A stretch of 61,693 nt of DNA from assembly GCA_030765145.1 (NCBI GenBank), contig JAVCDA010000060.1:1-61693 (forward strand). The letters are read 5' to 3'. Made by a program: the position numbers and the translations under genes. Of the stretch, positions 48,538 to 58,728 are shown in pieces (position 1 is the first letter of the stretch; every line of letters starts with the position of its first letter). The notes under the pieces were generated by a model. That model saw nothing but the letters and a program-made list of their open reading frames with translations. It was not told the DNA's origin and ran no database searches. This DNA comes from Candidatus Saelkia tenebricola. Lineage in GTDB: Bacteria > Omnitrophota > Gorgyraeia > Kaelpiales > Kaelpiaceae.

Positions 48538-49251
48538 ATGAAAGCGTTAATTACAGTTATTAACCAAGAGGAAGCAAGGTGCGTTGTAAAAGAGGGTTGT
48601 GATATTTTAGATATTAAAAATCCAGTCGAAGGTTCTTTAGGTGCAAATTATCCATGGGTTATAAAAGAAATAGTGGAAATTGTCCCTCAAGAAATAGAGA
48701 TAAGTATTGCAATCGGAGATGTGCCTAATCTACCGGGGACTGTTTCTATGGCGGTGCTAGGAGCATTGCAGTTTAAACCCGACTATATTAAAGTAGGGTT
48801 GAAAGGTACTAAAACAAAAAGTGAAGCTGTTGAATTGATGAAAAAAGTAGTGCGGACAAATAGATTATCAGGAGTAGGAGCTAAAATAGTTGCTGCTTGT
48901 TATGCAGATTATCATAAGTCTGGTTCTGTAAATCTATCGTATCTTCCAGAAATAGTTTCAGAATCCGGAGCTAATATTGCAATGATTGATACTTTGACAA
49001 AGAGAGATAAAAATCTGTTAGATTTTATTTCAAAAGATGAATTAAAAAAAGTTGTAAAAATATGTCATGAGAAAGGATTAAAAATTGCTCTAGCAGGCTC
49101 CTTGAATGAAGAACATTTAGAGATGATATATCATATGGGTGTTGATATATTTGGGGTGCGAGGTGCTGTATGTTCAGGAGGGGATAGAAAATCCGAGATG
49201 AAAGTTGAACTTGTAAGGGAATTATATAGCAATATCAGACAATTAGATTAA
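48538..49251 (+). CDS. mfnB: (5-formylfuran-3-yl)methyl phosphate synthase-like (MfnB / DUF556)
   Basis: CDILDIKNPVEGSLGANYPWVIKE, PDYIKVGL, IAMIDT, ALAGSL, DIFGVRGAVC. Positions 25/27/85/151 are D/K/K/D, the residues I recall as essential in M. jannaschii MfnB. Confidence 0.75.
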   Translation: MKALITVINQEEARCVVKEGCDILDIKNPVEGSLGANYPWVIKEIVEIVPQEIEISIAIGDVPNLPGTVSMAVLGALQFKPDYIKVGLKGTKTKSEAVELMKKVVRTNRLSGVGAKIVAACYADYHKSGSVNLSYLPEIVSESGANIAMIDTLTKRDKNLLDFISKDELKKVVKICHEKGLKIALAGSLNEEHLEMIYHMGVDIFGVRGAVCSGGDRKSEMKVELVRELYSNIRQLD

Positions 49252-49348
49252 CCCCCCGATTTTTTATTTATGTAAAGATGTTTTTGTTGAAATTAAAGTA
49301 ATATAACAAAACTTAAATATAATGTAGTTTTACATATGGTGAGATAAT

Positions 49349-51145
49349 ATGGCTGGAATTGCAGGGGTAGTTTCCAAGAATACAATAAAGGAACCAGCAA
49401 TAGTTGAATCAATGCTAAGTATCCTGAAACATAGGGGGGCTTGTTGTAAGGGTGCTTTTATTAATGATAAAGTTTGTATTGGTTCCCAATCGATTGAGAG
49501 AAACGTGTTTTATAATAAAGGTAGAACGATATGCCTTTTTGTTGATGGAATAATATACAATAGCGTTGAATTAAAAAAGATGATTCCTGTCCAAAGTCTT
49601 TACTCAGACTGCGAAGAAGCGATATTAATTAATTTATATGAAAAATATGGAGTAAAAGGTTTTGAGCTTATTAACGGGGATTTTGTTTTAGTTATCTGGG
49701 ATTCTATTAAGAAGAAGCTGGTGATGGCAAAATATCTCAGTATCGATAAAAATATTTATTATTATTTAAGTAAAGATAGTTTAATTTTTTCCTCAGAAAT
49801 AAAAGCCTTATTAATTCATCCTGAAGTTAAAAAAGACCTAGATATTGAGTCCATAAATAATTTTCTTACTTTTAGACATATACCTTCGCCGTATACTATA
49901 TTCAAAAATATTGAAAGGTTGAATCCAGCCTCTGCAATCATTTATGATAATAATCAATTGCAAAAAGAGAAACTTTGTTATTTTAAAATAAAACCAATTT
50001 ATAATAAATCGGAAGATTATTTACTTAAAGAGTTGTTTATCAATTTAGAAGATGCAGTATTAAAGAGGTTGAATAAAGTAAAAGAGGCTGGTCTTTTTCT
50101 TTCGGGAGGGTTAGATTCTTCAACGTTACTTTATTTTCTCAGCCAAAATTTTAAAGATCCTGTAAAAACATATACTATATCGTTATTGAGAGACGGAATT
50201 TTTGCAAAAGGAGTTTCAGAATATTTTAATTCTCAGCATATAGAACGTGAAGTTTCTGCAAAAGATTTGATAAGTATTCTTCCAAAAGCATTATGGCATT
50301 TCGAGTATCCTGTTAATGGGCCTGATTCTTTCTTATATTATTTACCTAAGATTTCAAAAGGTCAGAAACATATTTTTTGGGGACGGGGAGCAGAAGAAGT
50401 GTTCTATGGTCGAGATGATTACGTAGCTTTAAATGTAATTATGAAATTTAGACAAGTTATTCCTCGAAAATTATGGGAGTTATTCTCACGGTTTTCTCCG
50501 CAAGTCCCAAACAAAAACAAATTGTATAAATTTTTTAATATAATTTCGGCTAAGGATGCTTATGATATTTATATTGCTTTTAGGGAAGTTTTAACGGAAA
50601 TTGAAAAAAAAGAACTTTTAAATAAAGAGATATTTAAATTTAATCCTAAATCAAGATTGATACCTTATAAAAAATTCGCTAGAGATATTCTTCAACAATA
50701 TAGCTACCTGGTTCTCGTAAATGGTTTTTGGAGCGATACATTTTTGAATATGGGCCAGGAAGTTCTGGATCCTTTTATGGATAAAGATTTTATCAGTTAT
50801 TGTTATAGCATTCCTTCTGAATTAAAAGTTCGTAATGGTCAACCAAGATATTTGTTAAAAAAAATGATGCGTAATAAACTCCCCGAGTTTATTTTAAAGA
50901 GGAAGAAAGATAATTGGCATGCACAAACTGAGTTTGAGATTAATAAAGAAAAAGACAAATATTATCATATTATAAATAGGCTCAGAAAAAGAGGTATTTT
51001 AAAGTTCGATATATCTAATTTTTTACAGAAAAATAAATTTAAATCAGATGAAAAATTCTGGGCATTATTAAGTTTAGAAATTTTATTAGAAATATTTTTG
51101 GATCAAAACGGAGCTGAAGAACCTCCTGCCATTGATAAATTCTAG
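49349..51145 (+). CDS. Asparagine synthetase B-like adenylating enzyme lacking the glutaminase nucleophile
   Basis: The N-terminus is MAGIAG (canonical MCGI), HRGACC replaces HRGPD, and VDGIIYN replaces NGEIYN. The PP-loop LSGGLDSS is intact at 50102-50122. Confidence 0.7.
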   Translation: MAGIAGVVSKNTIKEPAIVESMLSILKHRGACCKGAFINDKVCIGSQSIERNVFYNKGRTICLFVDGIIYNSVELKKMIPVQSLYSDCEEAILINLYEKYGVKGFELINGDFVLVIWDSIKKKLVMAKYLSIDKNIYYYLSKDSLIFSSEIKALLIHPEVKKDLDIESINNFLTFRHIPSPYTIFKNIERLNPASAIIYDNNQLQKEKLCYFKIKPIYNKSEDYLLKELFINLEDAVLKRLNKVKEAGLFLSGGLDSSTLLYFLSQNFKDPVKTYTISLLRDGIFAKGVSEYFNSQHIEREVSAKDLISILPKALWHFEYPVNGPDSFLYYLPKISKGQKHIFWGRGAEEVFYGRDDYVALNVIMKFRQVIPRKLWELFSRFSPQVPNKNKLYKFFNIISAKDAYDIYIAFREVLTEIEKKELLNKEIFKFNPKSRLIPYKKFARDILQQYSYLVLVNGFWSDTFLNMGQEVLDPFMDKDFISYCYSIPSELKVRNGQPRYLLKKMMRNKLPEFILKRKKDNWHAQTEFEINKEKDKYYHIINRLRKRGILKFDISNFLQKNKFKSDEKFWALLSLEILLEIFLDQNGAEEPPAIDKF

Positions 51146-51185
51146 ATGTTTACTTTTTAATCTTACTGGATTTAAATAAAAAATT

Positions 51186-52523
51186 TTATATACAGTTAAA
51201 AATAAATTTATTTTGATTCATATTGTCTTTTTGTTTGATTATTCCTATACTATGTGTCCAAAAAGGAAGATAGTTCAAATCCGTGGTTATTTGATATAGA
51301 GATATATAAATCAAATTTTTATCTAAGTTTTTATAATAGAATTTTGTTGAATTTAAAAAAAATCTCAAGAAGTCCATTGTAAAGTAAGTATATTTTAAAA
51401 GATTCCAGATGTTGCCGTTTTCAAGTGCAGAATTTATTTTTTTGAGGGTTTTTAGGTCGATTACTTCTTTAATTAATTTATCTTCTATTTTAAACGGAAC
51501 GGTGATAATTTGAGATCCGGTTGATATGTTTTTTCTGAATTTGATTAGAAATTTATGCAGATTTATTTTTAACTTTTCGAACTCAAAAAAATAACCTTCT
51601 TTGCAGGTTGTGTTTTTAGATTCGACTATCTTTTTTATTATATCGGAATAAGTAAAATATCTTTTTTGAGGTATTTCTAGTCTTCCAAATGGGCTTAAAG
51701 GAACCAAAAACAGTCCTTTTATAAAATCATTATTTGTTATTAAAAATGGTATCATTTTTTCAATCTCATTTTCATTTATATTGTCCATTAATACAAACGC
51801 TAAAAAAGTAAATAGTTTATTATTTTTTAGATTTTGTAAAGCTTTTGTTTTGAGGTTGTAACTATTCTCGCTTTCAAGCTTTTGATATGTGTGTTGAAAG
51901 CCGTTGAAAGATAGGAATACTTCTTTTAATCCTGCGGTTTTTAGTCTTTTAGTATATTCTGAGTCAGCTAATTTTAGACCATTTGTAAATAGTGTAGGTA
52001 TATTTCCGGAATCCTTTACTAGTTTAATCATTTCAGGTAGATCATTTCTTACGGTAGGTTCTAATCCAAAAAACATAATTTTTTTGTTTTTACCTGCTTT
52101 GGAAATTATGTATTTAATATCATCCATATTCATCTCTTCTGGTTTAAGAGTGTCTTGAGCAAAACATACTTTGCATTGAGCATTGCATTTATTTGTTGTC
52201 ATTACATAAATCATATTGCTGTAAGTTTTTATAAATTTCCAGTCACTTTCTTTAGGTTCGAAAGCTCTACTAAAAGTAGAAAAAGCTGTTTTTTTTCGCG
52301 TTAGCATCATTTTTTTAAAAAAATGATGACTGTTTTCGAACAGTGTTTCATACCAGATGCCATCGATTTTTTTTCTTATAAAAATTTTATTTTTATTTTC
52401 TATTATTTTTATCTCGGTTTTTTTAAGCCAGGAGAATATGTGGGTTATATCAGACCCGGATATTCTATCTGTTTTAAAGGATATTGGTGATTCTTTAAGA
52501 GGTATGATTTTTTGATCCTGCAT
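51186..52523 (-). CDS. Radical SAM protein, paralog of the 58238/59788 family but without N-terminal zinc ribbon
   Basis: TTNKCNAQCKVCF (CX3CX2C), FFGLEPTVRNDLPEMIKLVKDSGNIPTLFTNGLKLAD, FLSFNGF. The same block order is seen in 58238..59632. Its start overlaps the upstream rSAM stop by 29 nt. Confidence 0.8.
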   Translation of the reverse strand: MQDQKIIPLKESPISFKTDRISGSDITHIFSWLKKTEIKIIENKNKIFIRKKIDGIWYETLFENSHHFFKKMMLTRKKTAFSTFSRAFEPKESDWKFIKTYSNMIYVMTTNKCNAQCKVCFAQDTLKPEEMNMDDIKYIISKAGKNKKIMFFGLEPTVRNDLPEMIKLVKDSGNIPTLFTNGLKLADSEYTKRLKTAGLKEVFLSFNGFQHTYQKLESENSYNLKTKALQNLKNNKLFTFLAFVLMDNINENEIEKMIPFLITNNDFIKGLFLVPLSPFGRLEIPQKRYFTYSDIIKKIVESKNTTCKEGYFFEFEKLKINLHKFLIKFRKNISTGSQIITVPFKIEDKLIKEVIDLKTLKKINSALENGNIWNLLKYTYFTMDFLRFFLNSTKFYYKNLDKNLIYISLYQITTDLNYLPFWTHSIGIIKQKDNMNQNKFIFNCI

Positions 52524-53634
52524 TGTAATTTTGTTTTAAAATATTTTTAGTGAATGCCATACGAAATCTTGATAGATTTGAAAAGATGTTTTCATTAGAA
52601 AGATAACCTTCACCCATCATGCAGTTCTTTTTGCAATACTTTCTGCTAAATCTGGATTCAACATAAGGAGGTGATTCCCATATATCTCTTGGAGTATTTA
52701 GCTTTAGGTTGCCCAAGCTATGGGGGTATATGTCGTTGGCTAGAAAACAAGGTAGAATTTCTCCATTTGCAGATATGCATAATTGATCATATGGGATATT
52801 ACAATATATGTTTTTAAAATCCAGTTCTGAAGATAAAAAGTATTTTCTAATTAACTCTAAGTTTTGCAGAGAGTTTAAAATAGGATAACCTTGTTTTTTT
52901 AGGTTAACAAGTTCGTTGATTATATTGTCAATTGTGTCTTTTTCTTTTGGCCATACCTCATCTTTTATTTTTTCATTTTTTATGAATTCTGTTCTTACTT
53001 CTACAAATCTTATCCCATTGAGCCTGTTTTCATGGGTGAATTTGACTAGTTCAGGTAATTCTTTTAAATTGTAACTATTTATTACTGTATTTAAAGTGAT
53101 GTTTATATTTTTATTTTTTAGTGATTTGACTGCAAACATTACTCTCTCAAATTGTCCTTTTTGCCTTAATGTATCATGGGTTTCTTGCTGTATACCCTCT
53201 AATGATAAGATGATTTTTGATAAGCGAGAATCAATGATATTTTTAATTTTTATTTCGTCAAGCAGCGAACAATTGGTTGTGATATCAGTAATTATGTCAA
53301 TATTATTTGCGAATTTAATTATTTCAAAGATATCATCTCTTAAAAATGGTTCACCTCCACATAAATTTAAATAAAAGATACCTAGCCATTTTTTAAGTTC
53401 GAGAATTATTTTTTTTAGCTCTTTTGTGGTAAGTTCATCGAATGTTTTTTCATGGGTAAGGCTGCAGTATTTACAATTTGAATTGCAGGCATTTGTTAGA
53501 TAAAGTAGTACAATTATTGGTTTGCAAAAATTAGTATCAAAACGTTTATCTATATTTCTAAACAAGCAATGGATGAGACCGTTTAGTGAAAATTTGATAT
53601 ATTTAGTATCCATGGTTGATTTTTGTTGAAGCAA
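52495..53634 (-). CDS. Radical SAM protein with C-terminal SPASM/twitch-like Cys motif
   Basis: LTNACNSNCKYCS (CX3CX2C), LCGGEPFLRDD, and C-terminal CNIPYDQLCISANGEILPC (CX12GX4C) plus CKKNC. Confidence 0.8.
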   Translation of the reverse strand: MLQQKSTMDTKYIKFSLNGLIHCLFRNIDKRFDTNFCKPIIVLLYLTNACNSNCKYCSLTHEKTFDELTTKELKKIILELKKWLGIFYLNLCGGEPFLRDDIFEIIKFANNIDIITDITTNCSLLDEIKIKNIIDSRLSKIILSLEGIQQETHDTLRQKGQFERVMFAVKSLKNKNINITLNTVINSYNLKELPELVKFTHENRLNGIRFVEVRTEFIKNEKIKDEVWPKEKDTIDNIINELVNLKKQGYPILNSLQNLELIRKYFLSSELDFKNIYCNIPYDQLCISANGEILPCFLANDIYPHSLGNLKLNTPRDIWESPPYVESRFSRKYCKKNCMMGEGYLSNENIFSNLSRFRMAFTKNILKQNYNAGSKNHTS

Positions 53635-53767
53635 GTAATATTATAAGGTCGAAAGTTTAATTAATAAACTAAAATATGTAGAATTCTATAGGTTTGGGGA
53701 GATTATCGATACATCAATAGAATGAATGTAATTATAATGACTAAGAAAAAATATTGTTTTCAAAGTT

Positions 53768-54466
53768 ATGATTTTACTTGGAATTGACACTTCATCAGAT
53801 TGGCTGCATGTTGTAGCAGGGGAGGATGATAAGGTTATAAACTCTATCTCTATATGTAGGCCGAAACAGCATGTTTCTATATTGCATAGTAGTATAGATG
53901 AGGTTTTAAAAAAAACAGGTTTTAATATTAAGGATGTTGATGTTTTTGTCGTTGTAAAAGGACCTGGTTCTTTTACGGGGATTAGGATTGCAGTTACAAC
54001 TGTTAAGGGATTTGCATATGCTTTGGATAAAAGAGTTGTTTCTCTATCCAGTTTAGATTTATTGGCTCAAAATGCTTTGGACTCTGAAGAACGGTTGATT
54101 GTGCCTTTAATAGATGCCAAGAGGGGACAGGTATATGCTGCTTATTACACCAATGATAATAATATAGCCATAGGTGTTAAAGATAGTATGCTTGTTAAAA
54201 TAGGAGATGTTTTAGATGCAATTGATGAGCCTGTAGTTCTATTAGGAGATGGAGTGGAAGCTTATAAAAGAGAGATTGAAGAGATTAGAGTTCATAAAAA
54301 AATATCTATTTTAAATGAGGATTATTGGATATTAAGGAATGAAAATATTATAAAGTTGGGATATAGGAAATATCAGGATAAAGGTGGTGAGAATATATTT
54401 GATTTGAAGCCACTTTACCTTTATCCTAAAGAGTGCACCATTAGAAAAAACTTACCTCAGAGATAA
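53768..54466 (+). CDS. tsaB: tRNA t6A37 biosynthesis protein TsaB
   Basis: ILLGIDTSSD.., VVVKGPGSFTGIRIAVTTVKGFA, DAKRGQVY. Confidence 0.85.
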   Translation: MILLGIDTSSDWLHVVAGEDDKVINSISICRPKQHVSILHSSIDEVLKKTGFNIKDVDVFVVVKGPGSFTGIRIAVTTVKGFAYALDKRVVSLSSLDLLAQNALDSEERLIVPLIDAKRGQVYAAYYTNDNNIAIGVKDSMLVKIGDVLDAIDEPVVLLGDGVEAYKREIEEIRVHKKISILNEDYWILRNENIIKLGYRKYQDKGGENIFDLKPLYLYPKECTIRKNLPQR

Positions 54467-54467
54467 T

Positions 54468-55625
54468 ATGGAAATAGAGATTAGTAATAAGATATCTTCT
54501 CGCTGTTGGATTGAAGTTGATCTTGATGTAATAAGAGAAAATGCGTTAAGTCTTAGAAGTTTTCTAAAATCTGATACAGGTATTATTGCAGTAGTAAAAA
54601 GCAATGCCTATGAGCACGGTATAAATGAAGTTGGAGCTATTTTATCCGATATTGTAGATATGTTTGCGGTCTCGAGTCTTCAGGAAGCTGTTGTTTTAAG
54701 AGAAGCAGGAGTTGAAAATCCAGTTCTGTTTTTTTCTAACCCATTGAATGAAGATGATTTAGATTTGATATTCCAATATGATATTTTACCGGTTATAAAT
54801 GATATAAGTTTTTTGGAAATTTTTGAAAATAAAGCCAGGCAGTTAGGGGTAAGAAAAGCTGTTGATATAAAAATTGATACTGGTATGTCTAGATTAGGTA
54901 TAGCTTGGGATGAAAAATCTAATCTACTGAATTGTCTTAATAAAATTGAATATTTAGACATTCATGGTTGTTTTACACATTTTGCCCATGCTGAAGATAT
55001 TCAATTTACAAGATTACAGAGCGAAAGATTCCAAGACATAACAAATTTGCTAAAAGATAATGGATATGATTTTAAATGCCATGCTGCCAATAGTTCTACT
55101 ACCTTAAGGATGCCTTCAGTCTGGTTTGATTATGTCCGGCCTGGGCTTATACTTTATGGGATTTATCCCGACTTAGGGGTAAAAAATAGAATTAGTCTCA
55201 AGCAGGCATTTTCTTTTAAAACACGTCTTATGCAAGTAAAAGATGTAAAAAAAGGAAGTTTCATAGGTTATTGCTGTACTTATAAAGCTCCATCTGATAT
55301 GAAGATAGGAATTATTCCAGTCGGATATAATCAGGGTATTCCTTGGAGTTTTTCTAATAAGGGATTGGTTCTTTTAAGAGGAAAGCGTGTGCCGATTTTG
55401 GGTCGGGTTTCTATGGATCAGATAATAATAAATCTCAGAGAAATTGAAAGTCCTAAAATAGCGGAAGAGGTTGTAATTACTGGGATTCAAGGTACTGAAG
55501 AGATAAAAATAGAAGAGTTGGCAGAGTTATCTAATACAATTCCTTATGAAATCATATGTGGTTTGGGAAAGGTTCAGAATAAAATTTATTTAAAAAAAGA
55601 TAATTTGTTATCTCAAGGAGGATAA
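54468..55625 (+). CDS. alr: Alanine racemase
   Basis: [11 protein letters not shown] (PLP Lys), [32 protein letters not shown]. Confidence 0.9.
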   Translation: MEIEISNKISSRCWIEVDLDVIRENALSLRSFLKSDTGIIAVVKSNAYEHGINEVGAILSDIVDMFAVSSLQEAVVLREAGVENPVLFFSNPLNEDDLDLIFQYDILPVINDISFLEIFENKARQLGVRKAVDIKIDTGMSRLGIAWDEKSNLLNCLNKIEYLDIHGCFTHFAHAEDIQFTRLQSERFQDITNLLKDNGYDFKCHAANSSTTLRMPSVWFDYVRPGLILYGIYPDLGVKNRISLKQAFSFKTRLMQVKDVKKGSFIGYCCTYKAPSDMKIGIIPVGYNQGIPWSFSNKGLVLLRGKRVPILGRVSMDQIIINLREIESPKIAEEVVITGIQGTEEIKIEELAELSNTIPYEIICGLGKVQNKIYLKKDNLLSQGG

Positions 55626-55626
55626 T

Positions 55627-57279
55627 ATGAGAAGTGATAAAGTGAAAAAGGGAGTTGAGCGGGCTCCGCACAGGGCGTTGCTTTATGCAACAGGAATTTC
55701 TAAAACAGATTGGAATAAACCGTTTATAGGTTTTGTATCAAGCTTTACAGATCTTATTCCTGGTCATGTGAATATGAGGGTTCTTGAAAGAGCGGTGGAA
55801 CAGGGTATATTTGCTGGGGGTGGGGTAGGTTTTTACTTTAGTGTTCCCGGTATTTGTGATGGCATAGCTATGGGGCATAGCGGAATGAGTTATTCATTGC
55901 CTTCAAGAGAATTGATAGCTGATATGATTGAAACAGTTGTGAATGCGCATCAGCTTGATGGATTAGTTTGCCTTACGGATTGTGATAAGATAACTCCAGG
56001 TATGCTTATGGCCTGTAGCCGTCTTAATGTTCCATCAATTGTTGTTACAGCAGGGCCTATGCTGGCAGGAAATTATAAAGGTAAGAAACTTTCTTTAGTT
56101 CGCGATACATTTGAGGCAGTGGGGCAGTATAAGGCAGGAAAAATCACTAAGAGTGAGCTGGATGAACTTGAATGTCGTGCCTGTCCCGGTGCAGGGTCTT
56201 GTCAGGGAATGTATACGGCTAATACAATGGCATGTCTAACTGAAACATTAGGTATCTCTCTTTCTGGTTGTGCCACAGCTCCTGCTGTATCGGCAGATAA
56301 GGTGCGTATTGCAAGAGAAAGTGGTAAGCGTATTGTTACGCTTGTAAAAAATAATATCAAGCCGCGAGATATTCTTAACAAAAATGCATTTAAGAACGCA
56401 ATTGCGGTTGACATGGCACTGGGCGGTTCAACTAATACAGTGCTGCATTTAAAAGCTATAGCACATGAGGCAAAAGTAGATTTGCCACTTGATCTCTTTG
56501 ATCGGATTAGTAAAAAAACACCGAATATTTGCAAATTAAGGCCTGCTGGGGATTATATGATGGAAGATTTAGATAAGGCGGGTGGAATTCCAGCCGTTTT
56601 AAAGAGGTTAAGGCCTTTATTGGTGAATAACAATACTGTATCAGGTATGAAAATATACGATATAGCAAAGAATGCCAATATTTATGATCAAGATGTTATT
56701 AGATCTTTGAATAAATCTTATTTTAAAGAAGGTGGTATTGCAATTCTTTATGGTAATCTTGCAATGGAGGGAGCTGTTGTAAAACAAAGTGCAGTATCTA
56801 AAAAGACACTCAAATTTAAAGGCAAGGCATGTGTATTTAATAGTGAAGAGGAATCAATCAAAGCTATTTTAGGAGGCAAAATTAAAAAGAATTCTGTAAT
56901 AGTTATTCGATATGAGGGGCCTAAAGGCGGTCCTGGTATGCGTGAGATGTTAGCACCGACTTCTGCAGTTGCTGGTATGGGGCTTATTGAAGACGTAGCG
57001 CTTATAACAGATGGTAGGTTTTCAGGCGGAACCCGTGGTCCTTGTATAGGGCATGTTTCTCCTGAAGCTCAAGAAGGCGGGCTTATTGGGTACGTTAGTA
57101 ACGGAGATATTATTGAGATAGATATTCCTAAACGTAAATTACATTTGGTCATAGATAAAAAAACTTTAGAAAAAAGAAAAGCATCGTATAAACACCCTAA
57201 ATCTAAAGTAAAAGAAGGTTGGCTTTTAAGGTATTCTAAACTTGTAACCTCAGCTAGTACTGGAGCAGTATTTAAGTGA
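55627..57279 (+). CDS. ilvD: Dihydroxy-acid dehydratase
   Basis: [68 protein letters not shown]. Confidence 0.95.
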   Translation: MRSDKVKKGVERAPHRALLYATGISKTDWNKPFIGFVSSFTDLIPGHVNMRVLERAVEQGIFAGGGVGFYFSVPGICDGIAMGHSGMSYSLPSRELIADMIETVVNAHQLDGLVCLTDCDKITPGMLMACSRLNVPSIVVTAGPMLAGNYKGKKLSLVRDTFEAVGQYKAGKITKSELDELECRACPGAGSCQGMYTANTMACLTETLGISLSGCATAPAVSADKVRIARESGKRIVTLVKNNIKPRDILNKNAFKNAIAVDMALGGSTNTVLHLKAIAHEAKVDLPLDLFDRISKKTPNICKLRPAGDYMMEDLDKAGGIPAVLKRLRPLLVNNNTVSGMKIYDIAKNANIYDQDVIRSLNKSYFKEGGIAILYGNLAMEGAVVKQSAVSKKTLKFKGKACVFNSEEESIKAILGGKIKKNSVIVIRYEGPKGGPGMREMLAPTSAVAGMGLIEDVALITDGRFSGGTRGPCIGHVSPEAQEGGLIGYVSNGDIIEIDIPKRKLHLVIDKKTLEKRKASYKHPKSKVKEGWLLRYSKLVTSASTGAVFK

Positions 57280-58236
57280 ATGATTGAAGAAATCACAAAG
57301 ATAATCTATTCTTATCCGTATAATCCTTATCGCAAATATAGAATAATTCCCAAAGAGCAAAGGCAAAGATTATTGTCGAAAAAAATAGAAGGATTAAGAA
57401 ACAAAAAAAATGTTTGGTTTATAGAGGAAAAAAGGAAAAACCAAATTATAGGTTTAATATCACTGGAGAAATTAAATTGGGATACAAAGCATTTTGGAAT
57501 TCCGATGGGGAGCATAGAATATCTTTTAACAAAAATGGATTTAGATTACAAGGAGGATTTAGAAGCAAAAGATAAACTGGTAAAGGAAGTTTTAAGGTTA
57601 ACAAAAAAACATAGAATTAAACATCTTACTTGTAGGATAGATTGTGCTGACCATGCCGCCATATGTGCTTTACAGCAAAATGGGTTTTATCTAATGGATA
57701 CGATACTAACACATATATTTACTCAGAAACATAATATTCCACAAACAAAAGACTTATATAAGGTAAGAGAAGCAAAAAAAGAAGATTTGCCGATATTGAT
57801 GGATATAGCCAGAAGTAGTTTTAGGAATTCCAGGTTTCATCATGAACCTTATTTATCATTAACAAGATCAGATGAAGTTTATGCCGAGTGGATAAAAAAT
57901 GCACTTTATAAAAAGGTGGCAGGACTTGTTTTAGTAGCAGAAAAATCTAAATATCCGATAGGTTTTTTTGCTTGTAAAGAAGATGAAGAAATGTTCTCAT
58001 ACATAGGTGTGAGATGTTTAAGCCGTGGGTTAGCTGCATGCCTACAAGAGGAAAAGGGAGCATATATAAGTTTACTAAAAAATGCAATATGTATTGGAAA
58101 GAAAGTTATGGAAGTGGATATGGGGGAATTTATGACTCAAATTTACAATTATTCGGTAATAAGGACTTATCAGAAATTTGGTATGGATTTGGTAAAAATC
58201 AGGCATGTATTTCATAAAATAATCAAGGAGATATAG
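57280..58236 (+). CDS. GNAT-like acyltransferase (WecD-like two-lobed architecture), substrate unknown
   Basis: 318 aa. LNWDTKHFGIPMG resembles the N-terminal lobe of WecD-type acetyltransferases. The C-terminal half (FRNSRFHHEPY..VAE....IGFFACK) has GNAT-like spacing. The ATG abuts the ilvD TGA, and its own stop is 1 nt from the next gene. Confidence 0.4.
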   Translation: MIEEITKIIYSYPYNPYRKYRIIPKEQRQRLLSKKIEGLRNKKNVWFIEEKRKNQIIGLISLEKLNWDTKHFGIPMGSIEYLLTKMDLDYKEDLEAKDKLVKEVLRLTKKHRIKHLTCRIDCADHAAICALQQNGFYLMDTILTHIFTQKHNIPQTKDLYKVREAKKEDLPILMDIARSSFRNSRFHHEPYLSLTRSDEVYAEWIKNALYKKVAGLVLVAEKSKYPIGFFACKEDEEMFSYIGVRCLSRGLAACLQEEKGAYISLLKNAICIGKKVMEVDMGEFMTQIYNYSVIRTYQKFGMDLVKIRHVFHKIIKEI

Positions 58237-58728
58237 AATGGATAAACTATTAATGTTTGAAGTTGAAAATGTAATGGAAACGTTAGTAAAGACCGGAATT
58301 TCATTCTGCCCGGTGTGTGAAAGAACAATTTCTGCTCAGTTAATTAACCGGCAAGGCTATGTATATGAACAGAAGGAATGCTCCTGGTGTAATGAAATGT
58401 TTGAGTTGTTGTTAAAGAAAGCTTCTTTTACCCATCGTTGTGGGTTCGACAAAATGCCTAATAATTGGCCGCAACTTAATGTTCAAATTGGAGATATTCC
58501 TGGTGAAGAAAGTGATATAAAAAACTTCTCAGAGGTTTTATATGTTCTGTTAAATTTGACTCAAAGATGCAATTCTTTTTGCCGGTTTTGTTTCGAAGCT
58601 AATGAAGGTCCTCGGCCGGATATGGATATAGAGTTCATCAAAACTACTTTAAAGAAATTCAGAAATAAAATAATAGTTCTCTTTGGCGGTGAGCCGACAA
58701 TGAGGGAAGATTTGCCAGAGATCATCCA
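58225..58728 (+). repeat. Direct repeat copy 1 (RBS + first 491 nt of rSAM copy A)
   Basis: Hand alignment to 61190..61693: no indels and about 39 mismatches in the 491 coding nt, including the shared AAGGAGATATA RBS. Confidence 0.85.

Noticed and set aside
49349-53634. Lasso-peptide or other RiPP interpretation of the Cys-less AsnB-like gene plus SPASM-type radical SAM.
   Set aside because: I see no transglutaminase-like leader peptidase, no PqqD/RRE-like small protein, no ABC exporter and no convincing precursor micro-ORF in the flanking gaps (49252-49348, 51146-51185, 53635-53767). It is not excluded, but it is unsupported by what I can see.
53722-53787. 21-aa ORF (MNVIIMTKKKYCFQSYDFTWN) in the divergent region upstream of tsaB.
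   Set aside because: It has no SD, overlaps the tsaB start in another frame, and has nothing distinctive in composition. It is most likely spurious.
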